From: an uncultured Sphaerobacteraceae bacterium
GTDB lineage: Bacteria; Chloroflexota; Chloroflexia; Thermomicrobiales; UBA6265
Length of the DNA stretch: 64,000 bases
Reading direction: 5' to 3'
Assembly (NCBI GenBank): GCA_964526965.1
Contig: CAZGML010000003.1
Location: forward strand, 20,775-84,774
The notes under the pieces are model-generated. The model worked only from the letters and a program-made list of their open reading frames with translations, was not told the DNA's origin and ran no database searches. The number at the start of each line of letters is the position of its first letter. Within the stretch, counting starts at the first letter, position 1. A program made the position numbers and the translations under genes. Positions 56,501-64,000 of this stretch are shown here, in pieces.

Positions 56501-57467
56501 CCAGCGCCACCAGGGCCATGATGCCGAGTGCAACGCCCATTCCCCAAAGCACCATGTTCTCCAGGATGTAGACGACCGGGGTGCGCTCGATCCACTGGAT
56601 GCTTGGCTTCATATCCACCAGGCCGGTTTGCACCGCACGCCAGAAAGCAAGATCGTCTAGCCACTCCTGATTCAGGGAGATGTTCCACCATTGCGGACCG
56701 GCAAAGGCGTATGGCTGCGCCAGCCGAAACGTCCAGAAAGCGACAAGTCCACCCAGAAAGGCTGCGGGAATGGCGGGATATACGCGCTCACCCGCGCTCG
56801 GAACAAGCGACCGCCAACCGCGCCTGCGAATCAGCTCCAGCACTGGCAGGGCGATGAACGCGAGTGAGATCAGGTAATTCGGCTTGCTGGCCCCGGCCAG
56901 ACCGATCATCACGCCAGCCAGTGCCATCCATGCGAGCGAGTTGCGATCCCACGACCGAAGCACGAAGGCAAAGGCAGCAATCGCGAAAAAGACAGAGATG
57001 GTGTCAACGGTGAAGAAGTGTGAGGACTGCAGGAAGAGCGGCGTGAACGCGAGTAGTGTTCCGGCGAGAAGACCGGCACGGTCATTGAAAAATCGGCGCG
57101 CCAGCAGGGCCGTCAACATCACGGTGCCGGTGTCGAAGACGGCATTGGTGGCGCGGCCCACCAGGTAAAGCTGGCCGTAACTATCCATGTTGAAGAGGCC
57201 GGCGATAGCCTTTACCAGGAACGCCGGGAACGTGCCGTAAATGAACGAGTCGTGTTCGGTGTTGTACGGGTTCAGCGGTGACGTGGCTGGATTGAAGTAC
57301 TGTCCGATATTCTCTGGCCAGCGAAGATCCGTGGTGACCCAGACGACAAATCGTTCGTCCGGATGCAGGTAAAGCCCCTTATCCCAATCGAGTCCGATGA
57401 GACGTAGAGCAAGTGCGACGATAGCGATCAAAATCAACCACGGCCAGAACCCGATGCGTCGAATCAC
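53574..57467 (-). CDS. Giant polytopic membrane protein, GT-C-like glycosyltransferase (PMT_2/ArnT-like N-module; DUF2298/Chlor_Arch_YYY-like)
   Basis: 1297 aa from GTG 57467 (GTGA overlap with the GT4 stop). Roughly two dozen hydrophobic segments in two blocks (aa ~1-420 and ~640-1180). The first loop carries LHPDERFVVW (the acidic loop-1 motif typical of GT-C). Soluble domains at aa ~430-640 (contains GGYHYIPG) and ~1180-1297 (YNVRYIIVGDEERARY). Family assignment is from memory, not searched. Confidence 0.65.
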   Translation of the reverse strand: MIRRIGFWPWLILIAIVALALRLIGLDWDKGLYLHPDERFVVWVTTDLRWPENIGQYFNPATSPLNPYNTEHDSFIYGTFPAFLVKAIAGLFNMDSYGQLYLVGRATNAVFDTGTVMLTALLARRFFNDRAGLLAGTLLAFTPLFLQSSHFFTVDTISVFFAIAAFAFVLRSWDRNSLAWMALAGVMIGLAGASKPNYLISLAFIALPVLELIRRRGWRSLVPSAGERVYPAIPAAFLGGLVAFWTFRLAQPYAFAGPQWWNISLNQEWLDDLAFWRAVQTGLVDMKPSIQWIERTPVVYILENMVLWGMGVALGIMALVALVAAIWRLVRSAHWPSWWWLGIVGWCVGSIALYGTGIAQNQRYLMHIYPFLIILVAGFLIELHDRSNRKWIAQLLTTGVVVYTIVFGLAFDSLYVRPITRIEASEWIYENIPPGSTLSNEYWDDALPLALRGEDRTAYIGMTMDLYADESANNNKVVTLVGQLSQVDYIVLSSNRVIDSVVRQPERYPVAIQFYEMLLNGELGFEPVAHFWQGPELLGIEWDDRSAEESLTVYEHPEVRIFEKTDAYDAQYVHDELNAAWGNGGYHYIPGDPLPNQMFMSDEFVETQQEQGSWNDQVDDGWLQSWPLLSWWVGLQIMGLAAWPLTWRAFRNLPDMGWMLAKAIGALGMASITLALVSWRGLVFDRGTIGLSFLLLVAIGLATHRSVWNEFRDKLQRQWRCILAGEVLFLAVFLAMALFRSWERILPDHNLMQLTGVMRSVSLPPIDPWLSGGLLHTHWAGILPWAALGNALALEPVVVANLAAIGVVALLAGVVWSLISSIEGSWVGAGVALALVFGSSFAFASGLAPIALASSVELSVLTMLMIAAVFIHTLLSQFRQRWTRYALLALVFGAFATSSGWGLLVAIGLLAVGLALNANNTRAPGSAWWPDVRRFALELIGIVAVGIAFCYPAYAAYTATNRNTISPDLWSLSMLRDQLGTVLLMTVMIVVGLGAVSVLASLLDEGAPGVIVTGVAVGTIIAILVLAWRFDSALILLLLISLLAVTTIWHWLQDSLLLWSAGLVLFACIVLAAAQTRAFRPDPSGYSQSLQLLPLAWVLIVLAVGIAFTRALTSLESDAKLPAGLAAAIVVVALLVPTLDHLREGDSEIVALAHPAIIGPDGELAAGEWLQQNTTGTPVILTSDGPAPGATGTISAITGFPSVMGNQPIELNTRPGWNQMVESRSSDVSTIYTGVHDWALVSPLLEQYNVRYIIVGDEERARYSGLDNSFATAVENGHLHLVFEHDDVAIYQVISNP

Positions 57468-58609
57468 GAGATATCCTCGTAAACAGCTTCCCAATCGTCG
57501 GCAACTTTCTGCAACGAGTAGTTCTCCGCGATGCTCTCCTGATCCGGGCGATACCGTTCAGGCACACTGATAACTTCGGCCAGCGCTGTCGCCAGGGCAT
57601 TTGCATCGCCAGGTTTGGTGAGAAGTCCGCCACCGGTCACTTTCACCGGTTCACTTACACCGGGAAAGTCGCTGGCGACGACGGGTGTCCCGTGGAGCAT
57701 CGCCTCTATCTGCACCATGCCGAAGCTCTCCGTCCAGTCAATACTCGGCAATGCCAGCACATCGATCGCGTTGTAGAAGCGAGCGAGATCATCATCGCTC
57801 AGCTGGCCAAGCTCATCCACAGCGTAGCCGTAGCGTTCCAGCCAAACGTCCCACGGTCCGTGACGGCGTTTGCCGGTGCGCGGATCGCTGTTTGGTCCGG
57901 CCAGTGCGATGATTGCGTTTGGATAGCGCATGCGCAAGAGCGGAATCGATTGCAGCAGCACCTCGATCCCCTTCTCGGATGCGTATCGACCCACGAACCC
58001 GACGACCGGCGCATATCCCCAATTGCGTTCATCACGAAACGCCCGACGCGCTCCCCTCGGCAGGCTGGAGACGGTGATTGGCGGCGGAATCACCCGCAGG
58101 TTACGGCGCATGAACCTGCTTACCGGGCTCACTTTTGCACGGGCGGCGGTGTTGGTTACGAATATGTTGGCGAATCGGCCACCGATGACCGAACTGAATC
58201 GGGCAACACGGGCAGCGAGCCGGGTGAGGACTGACCCATCCAGCACGAGATCCGCGTGATGAGTCACAACCACTCGCTTCTTGCGGAGCCGACACCCCAG
58301 CACGATTGCGGCAGTCTCGGCCATTGGCAAGTGGAGGTGGACGACATCAACATCGTCCAGCCGACCCAGCACTGTTGGGATCAACGATGCCATGATCACG
58401 GCACGATCAAAACGGGCAGTGACGCGCAGGCGGGTAATATCGATGCCTTCGGGGGTAACTTCATGTTTCGGCAGGGAGGGTTCGTGCCGGGCGCAGATAA
58501 CCTGCACGGCGTGGCCGCGTGCGGTCATCTCCCGCGCAATGCGGGCCGCATAAATGGTGAGGCCGCTAGTATAGGGCTCGTAATAGTAGAGAACTTGCAG
58601 GATGCGCAC
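57464..58609 (-). CDS. Family 4 (GT-B, group 1) glycosyltransferase
   Basis: MRILQVLYYYEPYTSGLTIYA N-terminus and E-x7-E region ESFGMVQIEAMLHGTPVV. 381 aa. Confidence 0.9.
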   Translation of the reverse strand: MRILQVLYYYEPYTSGLTIYAARIAREMTARGHAVQVICARHEPSLPKHEVTPEGIDITRLRVTARFDRAVIMASLIPTVLGRLDDVDVVHLHLPMAETAAIVLGCRLRKKRVVVTHHADLVLDGSVLTRLAARVARFSSVIGGRFANIFVTNTAARAKVSPVSRFMRRNLRVIPPPITVSSLPRGARRAFRDERNWGYAPVVGFVGRYASEKGIEVLLQSIPLLRMRYPNAIIALAGPNSDPRTGKRRHGPWDVWLERYGYAVDELGQLSDDDLARFYNAIDVLALPSIDWTESFGMVQIEAMLHGTPVVASDFPGVSEPVKVTGGGLLTKPGDANALATALAEVISVPERYRPDQESIAENYSLQKVADDWEAVYEDIS

Positions 58610-58673
58610 GGTCTGCCCACGCTTCGGTAGTTACATTCATCGCGCCATTGCCGCGATGTTCGTTCAATCTAGA

Positions 58674-59720
58674 TTAACCGATGCCGAGCACCGCTGTAAT
58701 GGCAAGTGCGGAAATTACCAATAATCCCGTGAGAATCAACACCACATTAACGACGGTTCCGCCAAATTGACGAACTGTGCGGATGTTGACTCCCAGCCCC
58801 AACCCGGCCATGGCGACCGCGGTCAGGATGCGGCTCAGCTCGGTTGCCGGATCAACGAGCGCGGCCGGTACGAGACCCGCCGTTCGGATGATGGCGAAGA
58901 GAAAGAATCCGACAACGAACCACGGCAGGAACTTGCTAAGCTGAACCTTGCCAGTCGAATCATCGCCCTTTTCCCGATACAACCACGCAAAGAGTGCAAC
59001 CACTGGCCCCAGCATCATGACGCGGGTGAGCTTGACCAGGCTTCCAATTTGACCAGACGTGGCGCTGACCGAGAAGGTCGCCGCCAACACTTGTGGCACG
59101 GCGTAGACGCTGAGTCCGGCGACGACTCCGTAGCGCTCGTTGCTCAAACCAAGTAATGGCACCAGCAAGGGCAGCAGCAGAACCACTCCCACGCCCAGCA
59201 CGGCCGTAAGGGCGATAGCGGCGGCGACCTCTGCCTTCTTCGCGCGGATGACAGGCGCCACGGCAGCGATTGCGCTATTACCACAAATCGCGTTGCCCAC
59301 CGCCACCAGGGCAGCGAGGCGGGCGTTAAGACCGAAGTATTTACCGATTGCGATGCCCAGGAGCAATGTCATGCTGACGAGCAACAACACTGAGGCGAGA
59401 ATCTGCCAGCCCGCATCCACCAGCGCACCGAGATTGAGCGTGATCCCGAGCACAACGATGGCGAACTCAAGCAATTGCTTGCCGGCGAAGCCGATGCCCT
59501 TCTCCATACGTGGAGACGGATTCCAGATCATGCGGACAACGAGGCCAAGAATTAAGCTGAAAACAAGCGCGCTAATCATAGCGTGCCCAATGAGCTGCTC
59601 TTGCACCCAGCCAAGCACGAAACCGATGACCGTAATTGCCGCGGCGACCATCACGCCGGGTAGCACCATTCTTGCGGTGGAGGAACTATCGGCGATATTG
59701 AATTGTCGAAGCAGGTGCAT
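58674..59720 (-). CDS. YeiH/UPF0324 family putative sulfate exporter-type membrane protein
   Basis: 348 aa, about 10 TM. NAICGNSAIAAVAPVIRAKKAEVAAAIA is the characteristic YeiH block. Confidence 0.8.
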   Translation of the reverse strand: MHLLRQFNIADSSSTARMVLPGVMVAAAITVIGFVLGWVQEQLIGHAMISALVFSLILGLVVRMIWNPSPRMEKGIGFAGKQLLEFAIVVLGITLNLGALVDAGWQILASVLLLVSMTLLLGIAIGKYFGLNARLAALVAVGNAICGNSAIAAVAPVIRAKKAEVAAAIALTAVLGVGVVLLLPLLVPLLGLSNERYGVVAGLSVYAVPQVLAATFSVSATSGQIGSLVKLTRVMMLGPVVALFAWLYREKGDDSTGKVQLSKFLPWFVVGFFLFAIIRTAGLVPAALVDPATELSRILTAVAMAGLGLGVNIRTVRQFGGTVVNVVLILTGLLVISALAITAVLGIG

Positions 59721-59789
59721 AGGATACGATCCGAAACAGGGTCAATAAACAGCTTCAGCATGGTAGCACCCTGAATGGAGAACGGACAG

Positions 59790-60590
59790 ATGAAACGAGT
59801 TGTTGTAACAGGTTCGAGCGGACTCATCGGCCGGATGGTGATGGACAAATGGCGGCAATCCGGCATGTACGACGTGGTGGGCATTGGACGCAGCGAAGGC
59901 GAGTATGCCGATGTCGTCGCCGATATCAGCAATCTCGATGCGCTCGTCGACGCCTTCCAGGGAGCCGATGCAATTGTTCACCTCGCAGCGACCTCGGCTG
60001 TCGACAGTAGTTGGGACGAAGTACTGCAGAGCAATATCATCGGCCTTCGTAATGTGTTCGAGGCGGCGCGCATCGCCGGTGTAAAACGTGTGGTATTCGC
60101 CAGCAGCAATCACGCTGTTGGTACATTTGAAATGGCGAACCAGCCCGAAATCTACGAACTTGACGATCCACGGCAAATCGACCACACAGCCGAGATCATG
60201 CCCGATAGTTACTACGGCGTTTCCAAGGCATACGGCGAAGCAATGGCGCGTTACTACGTGGATCATCATGACCTGCAGGCCATATGCCTGCGCATTGGTG
60301 CCTGCACGGGAACCGAGAAACCGATCAGTCCGGAGAACCTCTGGAAACCGGAGCGCGATAACGAAGAAGGTATTCGCGAGAAACGAATCCGCATTCGGGC
60401 TACCTGGCTAAGCAACGGCGATTGTGTCCAGCTTATTGAACGAAGCCTCGAAGCCGACGTCGATTGGGCGTTGGTGTATGGCATTAGCGACAATCCGCGG
60501 AAGCTCTGGGATATCGAGCACGCGCGCGAGGTTCTGGGATTTGAGCCGAAGGATTCCGCTCCGCGAGAGATCTTTGCCGGTGTCGAATAG
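59790..60590 (+). CDS. NAD-dependent epimerase/dehydratase family SDR, uronate dehydrogenase (Udh)-like
   Basis: MKRVVVTGSSGLIGRMV, AIVHLAA, VLQSNIIGLRNVFEAAR, RVVFASSNHAVG, YYGVSKAYGEAMARYY and CLRIGAC are collinear with Agrobacterium/Pseudomonas Udh as I remember it. 266 aa from ATG 59790. Confidence 0.7.
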   Translation: MKRVVVTGSSGLIGRMVMDKWRQSGMYDVVGIGRSEGEYADVVADISNLDALVDAFQGADAIVHLAATSAVDSSWDEVLQSNIIGLRNVFEAARIAGVKRVVFASSNHAVGTFEMANQPEIYELDDPRQIDHTAEIMPDSYYGVSKAYGEAMARYYVDHHDLQAICLRIGACTGTEKPISPENLWKPERDNEEGIREKRIRIRATWLSNGDCVQLIERSLEADVDWALVYGISDNPRKLWDIEHAREVLGFEPKDSAPREIFAGVE

Positions 60591-60605
60591 CCCACAGGAG
60601 GAAGA

Positions 60606-61019
60606 ATGCAATACCAGCAAGAGCTCACCCCGGCACAGAAGTATTACCAATGGATTGCCTACTGGAACGGCGAGGACGTCGACATCGAGGAGATTTTCCA
60701 CCAGGGCGTCATCGTGCGGCAGGCACCACACGAAAAGCATGGAATTAACGCCGTGCGAGAGATGGTGGAACAGGGGCGGGCACCGTTTGATCCGATTTTC
60801 TTCACCGTCGCGGTTGAACCCATCTACGATACACATATGTTGGCCGCACGCTGGAAGTGTCAGGGTACATACATAGGCGGCGTGCCCGGCGCCACCGCCG
60901 AACCGGGAAAAGAAGTTCTCTTTGGCGGGGCGGATATGTGGCGATTCAGTGATGGATTGGTCAGCGATTACTGGGTAAGTTCAGACGGTTTGTGGCTCAT
61001 GGAGCAGTTGACATCCTAA
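60606..61019 (+). CDS. SnoaL-like / NTF2-fold protein (ester cyclase family)
   Basis: 137 aa. The pattern WNGEDVDIEEIF...GGADMWRFSDGLVSDYWVSSDGLWLMEQL is typical of ester-cyclase-type SnoaL domains. GGAGG RBS. Confidence 0.6.
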   Translation: MQYQQELTPAQKYYQWIAYWNGEDVDIEEIFHQGVIVRQAPHEKHGINAVREMVEQGRAPFDPIFFTVAVEPIYDTHMLAARWKCQGTYIGGVPGATAEPGKEVLFGGADMWRFSDGLVSDYWVSSDGLWLMEQLTS

Positions 61020-61095
61020 GCGTCCACAGTTCGCGGGATGACCGAAACCCGTATGCTTCACGAGAGACAATTAGATTTCGATCAGGAGACACAAT

Positions 61096-61473
61096 ATGGA
61101 AGCCCCGGACGCACCACACGGAAAAATTCTCTATTTGGTCATCCCGGCCCTGGATATCGAGGCATCTGCGCGCTTCTACGAGCAAGTGTTTGGATGGCAC
61201 ATTCGCGAAACCGAGACCGGTGTTGCGTTCGACGATTCGGTCAACCAGGTGCATGGTCGCTTTACCACTCAACTGGAAGCCGCAGAAAACCCCGGCTTCA
61301 TTATGTACATCATGGTGCAGGATGCCGAAACAACCGAACCACGCATCGAGGAGTATGGCGGAACAGTGCTGGATCCGGCGGATCGCGATCAGCAGGATAT
61401 CCTCGGTACGTTTCGTGATCCCGGTGGAAACCTCTTCGGGTTCTACGAGATGAAAGATGAGGACGAAGAATAG
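61096..61473 (+). CDS. VOC family protein (glyoxalase/bleomycin-resistance fold)
   Basis: ILYLVIPALDIEASARFYEQVFGW...GTFRDPGGNLFGFYE. 125 aa. Confidence 0.75.
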   Translation: MEAPDAPHGKILYLVIPALDIEASARFYEQVFGWHIRETETGVAFDDSVNQVHGRFTTQLEAAENPGFIMYIMVQDAETTEPRIEEYGGTVLDPADRDQQDILGTFRDPGGNLFGFYEMKDEDEE

Positions 61474-61520
61474 CCCTTAATCGTTACTTATTAATAATCT
61501 GAAAAATGATGGTAGGTTAA

Positions 61521-61550
61521 ACAGGTGGTCACGATATGCTGACCACCTGT
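61521..61550. repeat. 11-bp perfect inverted repeat (operator or RNA hairpin) spanning the listed start codon of the PHP gene
   Basis: acaggtggtca-cgatatgc-tgaccacctgt, preceded by the most AT-rich stretch of the window (ttacttattaataatctgaaaaatgat). The ATG 61536 lies in the loop. Confidence 0.6.
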
Positions 61551-62492
61551 CCCACTATTGGTAGCAGAGGTATCTCCGTGCGCAACTTCCCGTTCGAATC
61601 ACCTGGCCAGTTTTATAAGGGAAACATTCACACCCATTCCACGAATTCGGATGGTCACCTGACTCCGCAAGAAGTCTGTAACTTCTACCGGTCCAACGGG
61701 TACGATTTTATTTCGCTTACCGACCATTACATGCAACGATTCGATTGGCCAGTAAGCGATACACGCGCGATGCGAGATAGCGAGTTCACCACCCTCCTCG
61801 GTGCTGAACTTCATGGCTGGGGTATGGAAAACGGTGAGCTTTGGCACATTGTGGCCAACGGACTGCCGCTGGATTTCGAACCGCCAAAAAGCAACGAGGA
61901 TGGACAGGAGATCGCGGCGCGAGCATCCAACGCCGGCGCCTTCGTCACCATCGGCCACCCTGGCTGGAACGGCGTCACCTCCAACGATGCGCTAAGCCTT
62001 CAGGATTTCGACGCAATCGAGATTTACAACCACGGCCACATGAACGATTGCGACCGCGGCAACGGCTGGCTCTTTGCCGACATGATGGCCAACCGTGGAT
62101 ACCGATTCAGCACAACTGCTTCCGACGATGCACATTTCCACAAATACCGCCCGGATTCGCTCGGTGGCTGGGTATACGTGAAATCAGAATCCCTCGCGCC
62201 AGAGGCGCTGCTAAAGGCGCTGAAAGAAGGAAATTACTATTCCAGCACCGGGCCAAAAATCCACCACATCGCCCTGACAGAGGACGAGATCGTGATTGAA
62301 TGCGACCCGGCGATCGCCGTCTACGCAGCAGGGCGAGGCAGTACGCGCCAGTTCGCGCGCGGCGAGTCGCTCACCACCGTACGACTGCCGATTAGCCCGT
62401 TCCTCAGTGCGTATGTGCGTATTACCGTTCAAGATGCAGACGACAAGCGCGCCTGGACCAGCCCGATCTGGCTGGATGAGTTGAACCTGTAA
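61536..62492 (+). CDS. PHP-domain metallohydrolase (CehA/McbA-like)
   Basis: FYKGNIHTHSTNSDGHLTPQEV (PHP motif I), ISLTDHY, TIGHPGWNG, EIYNHG and SDDAH. Start either ATG 61536 or in-frame GTG 61578 (preceded by AGAGG). Confidence 0.75.
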   Translation: MLTTCPTIGSRGISVRNFPFESPGQFYKGNIHTHSTNSDGHLTPQEVCNFYRSNGYDFISLTDHYMQRFDWPVSDTRAMRDSEFTTLLGAELHGWGMENGELWHIVANGLPLDFEPPKSNEDGQEIAARASNAGAFVTIGHPGWNGVTSNDALSLQDFDAIEIYNHGHMNDCDRGNGWLFADMMANRGYRFSTTASDDAHFHKYRPDSLGGWVYVKSESLAPEALLKALKEGNYYSSTGPKIHHIALTEDEIVIECDPAIAVYAAGRGSTRQFARGESLTTVRLPISPFLSAYVRITVQDADDKRAWTSPIWLDELNL

Positions 62493-62574
62493 CGAAAATC
62501 ACTGTCAAAATCCGCGAGTATCGGTACACTGGAAGACATTACCATAACGCGTCCATGCCTGCGGAGATATCAAC

Positions 62575-64000
62575 GTGCCCAACAGCAAAGCTGAGTACGA
62601 CCAGACGATCCAGGAAACCAATGCCGGGGAGCCGGAGCCGAACCTCATCGTTATCGATGACCAGGCCGTCGGCTATGTCGATCACGACGGCAGTATCCGC
62701 CTGTCAGCAGACGACAGGTCGATTGGTCATATCGCGAACGATCGTGAATACGCGATAAGCGTATTGCGGGAGCGATACCTGAAATACGTGGATGAAACCC
62801 GTGAGTGGTGCGATGAAACCCGCGTTGCCGAGAATCGGCTGTGGCGCGTTGCCGAATGCGATCGTCGCATGGGTGAGATCAATCAGCAGTTCGTGCTCGG
62901 CACGTTTGAGGAAATCCGCGCGTTGCTCTCGGAACTCAAAAACGACCTTCTCAATGAACAGCAGGATCGCATCGCGCAGCGACAATCGATGATCGCTGAA
63001 GCGAAACAGCTGAAAACCCGCACCGACTGGAAGGAAGCCAATGCTGCGTTCAAACAATTGAACGAAGCCTTTAAGGCAGTCGGCACGGTTGGTGACCGTG
63101 AACAGGATACGCGCCAGTGGGATGAGTTCAAGGAACAGGAGCGGGAATACCACGCACGGCGCTCGGCACATTTCGAGAAGTTGGAGAAGGAGTTCGAACA
63201 GCGCGCCCAGGCAAAGGAACGTATCTGCGAAGAAGCTGAATCCATCCAACACTCAAGCGATTTTAAGGCGATGGGCCAACGGTTCCGTGAGTTGATGGAT
63301 GAGTGGAAAGAGATCGGTTTTGCTGGGCGTGAGCATGAGGAACCACTCTGGCAGCGATTCCAGGGAGCACGCCGCGAATTTAACGAGCGGCGCAAAGAAT
63401 GGTTCGCTGGCAACGCGATCAAAAAGGAAGAACTGACGGTCAAGGCCGAGGAACTATCCGCACTGGAGGATGCTGCCTCCGCACACCAGCAGATGAAGCA
63501 GCTCATGCAGCAGTGGCGACAAGTCGGCTCAGCCGGTCGGAACGAAGATGATGCGTTGTGGTCGAGATTTCGTGCTGCGCAGGAAGATGTGTACCAGCGC
63601 AGCAGGGCGATATTCGAGGCACGGCACCAGGAACGGCAACGCAACTACGAGGCAAAACAGGCGCTTGTTGCCGAGGTTGAGACTTTGATCGGCCAGGATT
63701 CGCGTGTCGCTACGAGCCGGTGCAAGGAAATTCAGCGAGAGTGGAAGCAGATCGGACCGGTGCCGCGCGATCTTAACGACCAACAGTGGCAGCAATTCCG
63801 GGCGGCGTGCGATTCGATTTTCCGAATCGCAAACGCCGAGGGCAAGCGCCGGGTTGAAAATGCCCGGGATCATGCCGAGGCGCAAATCCGCAAGCTCAGC
63901 GCCGAAATCGATGAGCACGAGCGCAAAATCGCCCATTGGGAGGGCGTGATCGCCAACCTCCGTGATGGCGACGACGCCGACGAAATCCGTGAGGCGATGC
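62575..64000 (+). CDS. DUF349 repeat protein, N-terminal ~475 codons; 3' end outside window
   Basis: Not in the ORF track because no stop is reached. Frame 1 is open from the TAA at 62545 to the window end. GTG 62575 is preceded by GGAG. At least four repeats of the DUF349 pattern: W+e.G.vgre.e..LW.RF+.a...f..RR. Examples: DWKEANAAFKQLNEAFKAVGTVGDREQDTRQWDEFKEQEREYHARR, MDEWKEIGFAGREHEEPLWQRFQGARREFNERR, MQQWRQVGSAGRNEDDALWSRFRAAQEDVYQR, QREWKQIGPVPRDLNDQQWQQFRAACDSIF. Confidence 0.8.
   Translation, partial: MPNSKAEYDQTIQETNAGEPEPNLIVIDDQAVGYVDHDGSIRLSADDRSIGHIANDREYAISVLRERYLKYVDETREWCDETRVAENRLWRVAECDRRMGEINQQFVLGTFEEIRALLSELKNDLLNEQQDRIAQRQSMIAEAKQLKTRTDWKEANAAFKQLNEAFKAVGTVGDREQDTRQWDEFKEQEREYHARRSAHFEKLEKEFEQRAQAKERICEEAESIQHSSDFKAMGQRFRELMDEWKEIGFAGREHEEPLWQRFQGARREFNERRKEWFAGNAIKKEELTVKAEELSALEDAASAHQQMKQLMQQWRQVGSAGRNEDDALWSRFRAAQEDVYQRSRAIFEARHQERQRNYEAKQALVAEVETLIGQDSRVATSRCKEIQREWKQIGPVPRDLNDQQWQQFRAACDSIFRIANAEGKRRVENARDHAEAQIRKLSAEIDEHERKIAHWEGVIANLRDGDDADEIREAM

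Noticed and set aside
62704-63936. Minus-strand ORFs 62704..63252, 62883..63644 and 63529..63936
   Set aside because: They are antisense to the DUF349 repeat gene, which is absent from the track only because it lacks a stop in the window. The translations are Ser/Arg/Cys/Leu-rich repeats mirroring the sense repeats.
1-64000. CRISPR arrays, tRNA/rRNA genes, insertion sequences, toxin-antitoxin or known defence systems
   Set aside because: Reading the intergenic regions (all shorter than 500 nt) revealed no regularly spaced direct repeats and no cloverleaf-like tRNA sequence. No transposase or Cas-like ORFs are present. I cannot exclude small ncRNAs without covariance-model searches.

Overview
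GC-rich, densely coded bacterial chromosomal segment with about 60 protein genes. I found no rRNA, tRNA, CRISPR array, transposase, integrase or phage genes. The protein content suggests a monoderm Terrabacteria lineage, most likely Chloroflexota (Thermomicrobia-like) with an actinobacterial flavour. Support: an FhaA/FhaB pair, LCP ligases, VanW, an actinobacterial-type SdhD motif, an EFG-less nuo operon and a DUF2298/Chlor_Arch_YYY-like giant membrane protein. This taxonomic call is inference only.

Content in order:
- partial family-5 solute-binding protein
- TetR plus MacB-type ABC exporter
- proS
- two LplB/LplC-type sugar ABC permeases
- VanW
- PIG-L deacetylase plus tandem GNAT
- orphan LplA-type binding protein
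- PduO adenosyltransferase
- small catabolic neighbourhood: Gfo/Idh/MocA oxidoreductase, D-TA/D-serine-dehydratase-family PLP enzyme, aminotransferase
- rearranged lactate-utilisation-like operon: GntR-lutC-FAH-lutB::lutA
- membrane protein plus moaC
- orphan fused SdhD-SdhC-like membrane cytochrome
- bacterial topoisomerase IB
- FMN reductase, acnA, tyrS
- LCP-thioredoxin-LCP
- azlCD, apt
- FhaA/FhaB-like pair plus GT2
- Nudix hydrolase
- ten-gene nuoABCDHJKLMN operon without nuoEFG or nuoI
- Trk/Ktr potassium uptake genes
- second Gfo oxidoreductase
- GT4 - giant GT-C-like membrane protein - RskA-like operon
- YeiH
- Udh-like SDR, SnoaL-like, VOC and PHP genes
- DUF349 repeat protein that runs off the 3' edge. 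The ORF track omits it because it has no stop codon in the window.

I see no canonical defence or mobile system. The best candidates for undescribed biology are:
1. the GT4/giant GT-C/RskA-like envelope operon
2. the lutC-FAH-lutBA operon with its neighbouring PLP enzymes
3. the orphan seven-helix SdhD-linker-SdhC fusion
4. the nuo operon lacking nuoI

All functional calls rest on motifs read by eye and family knowledge from memory. No searches were run.
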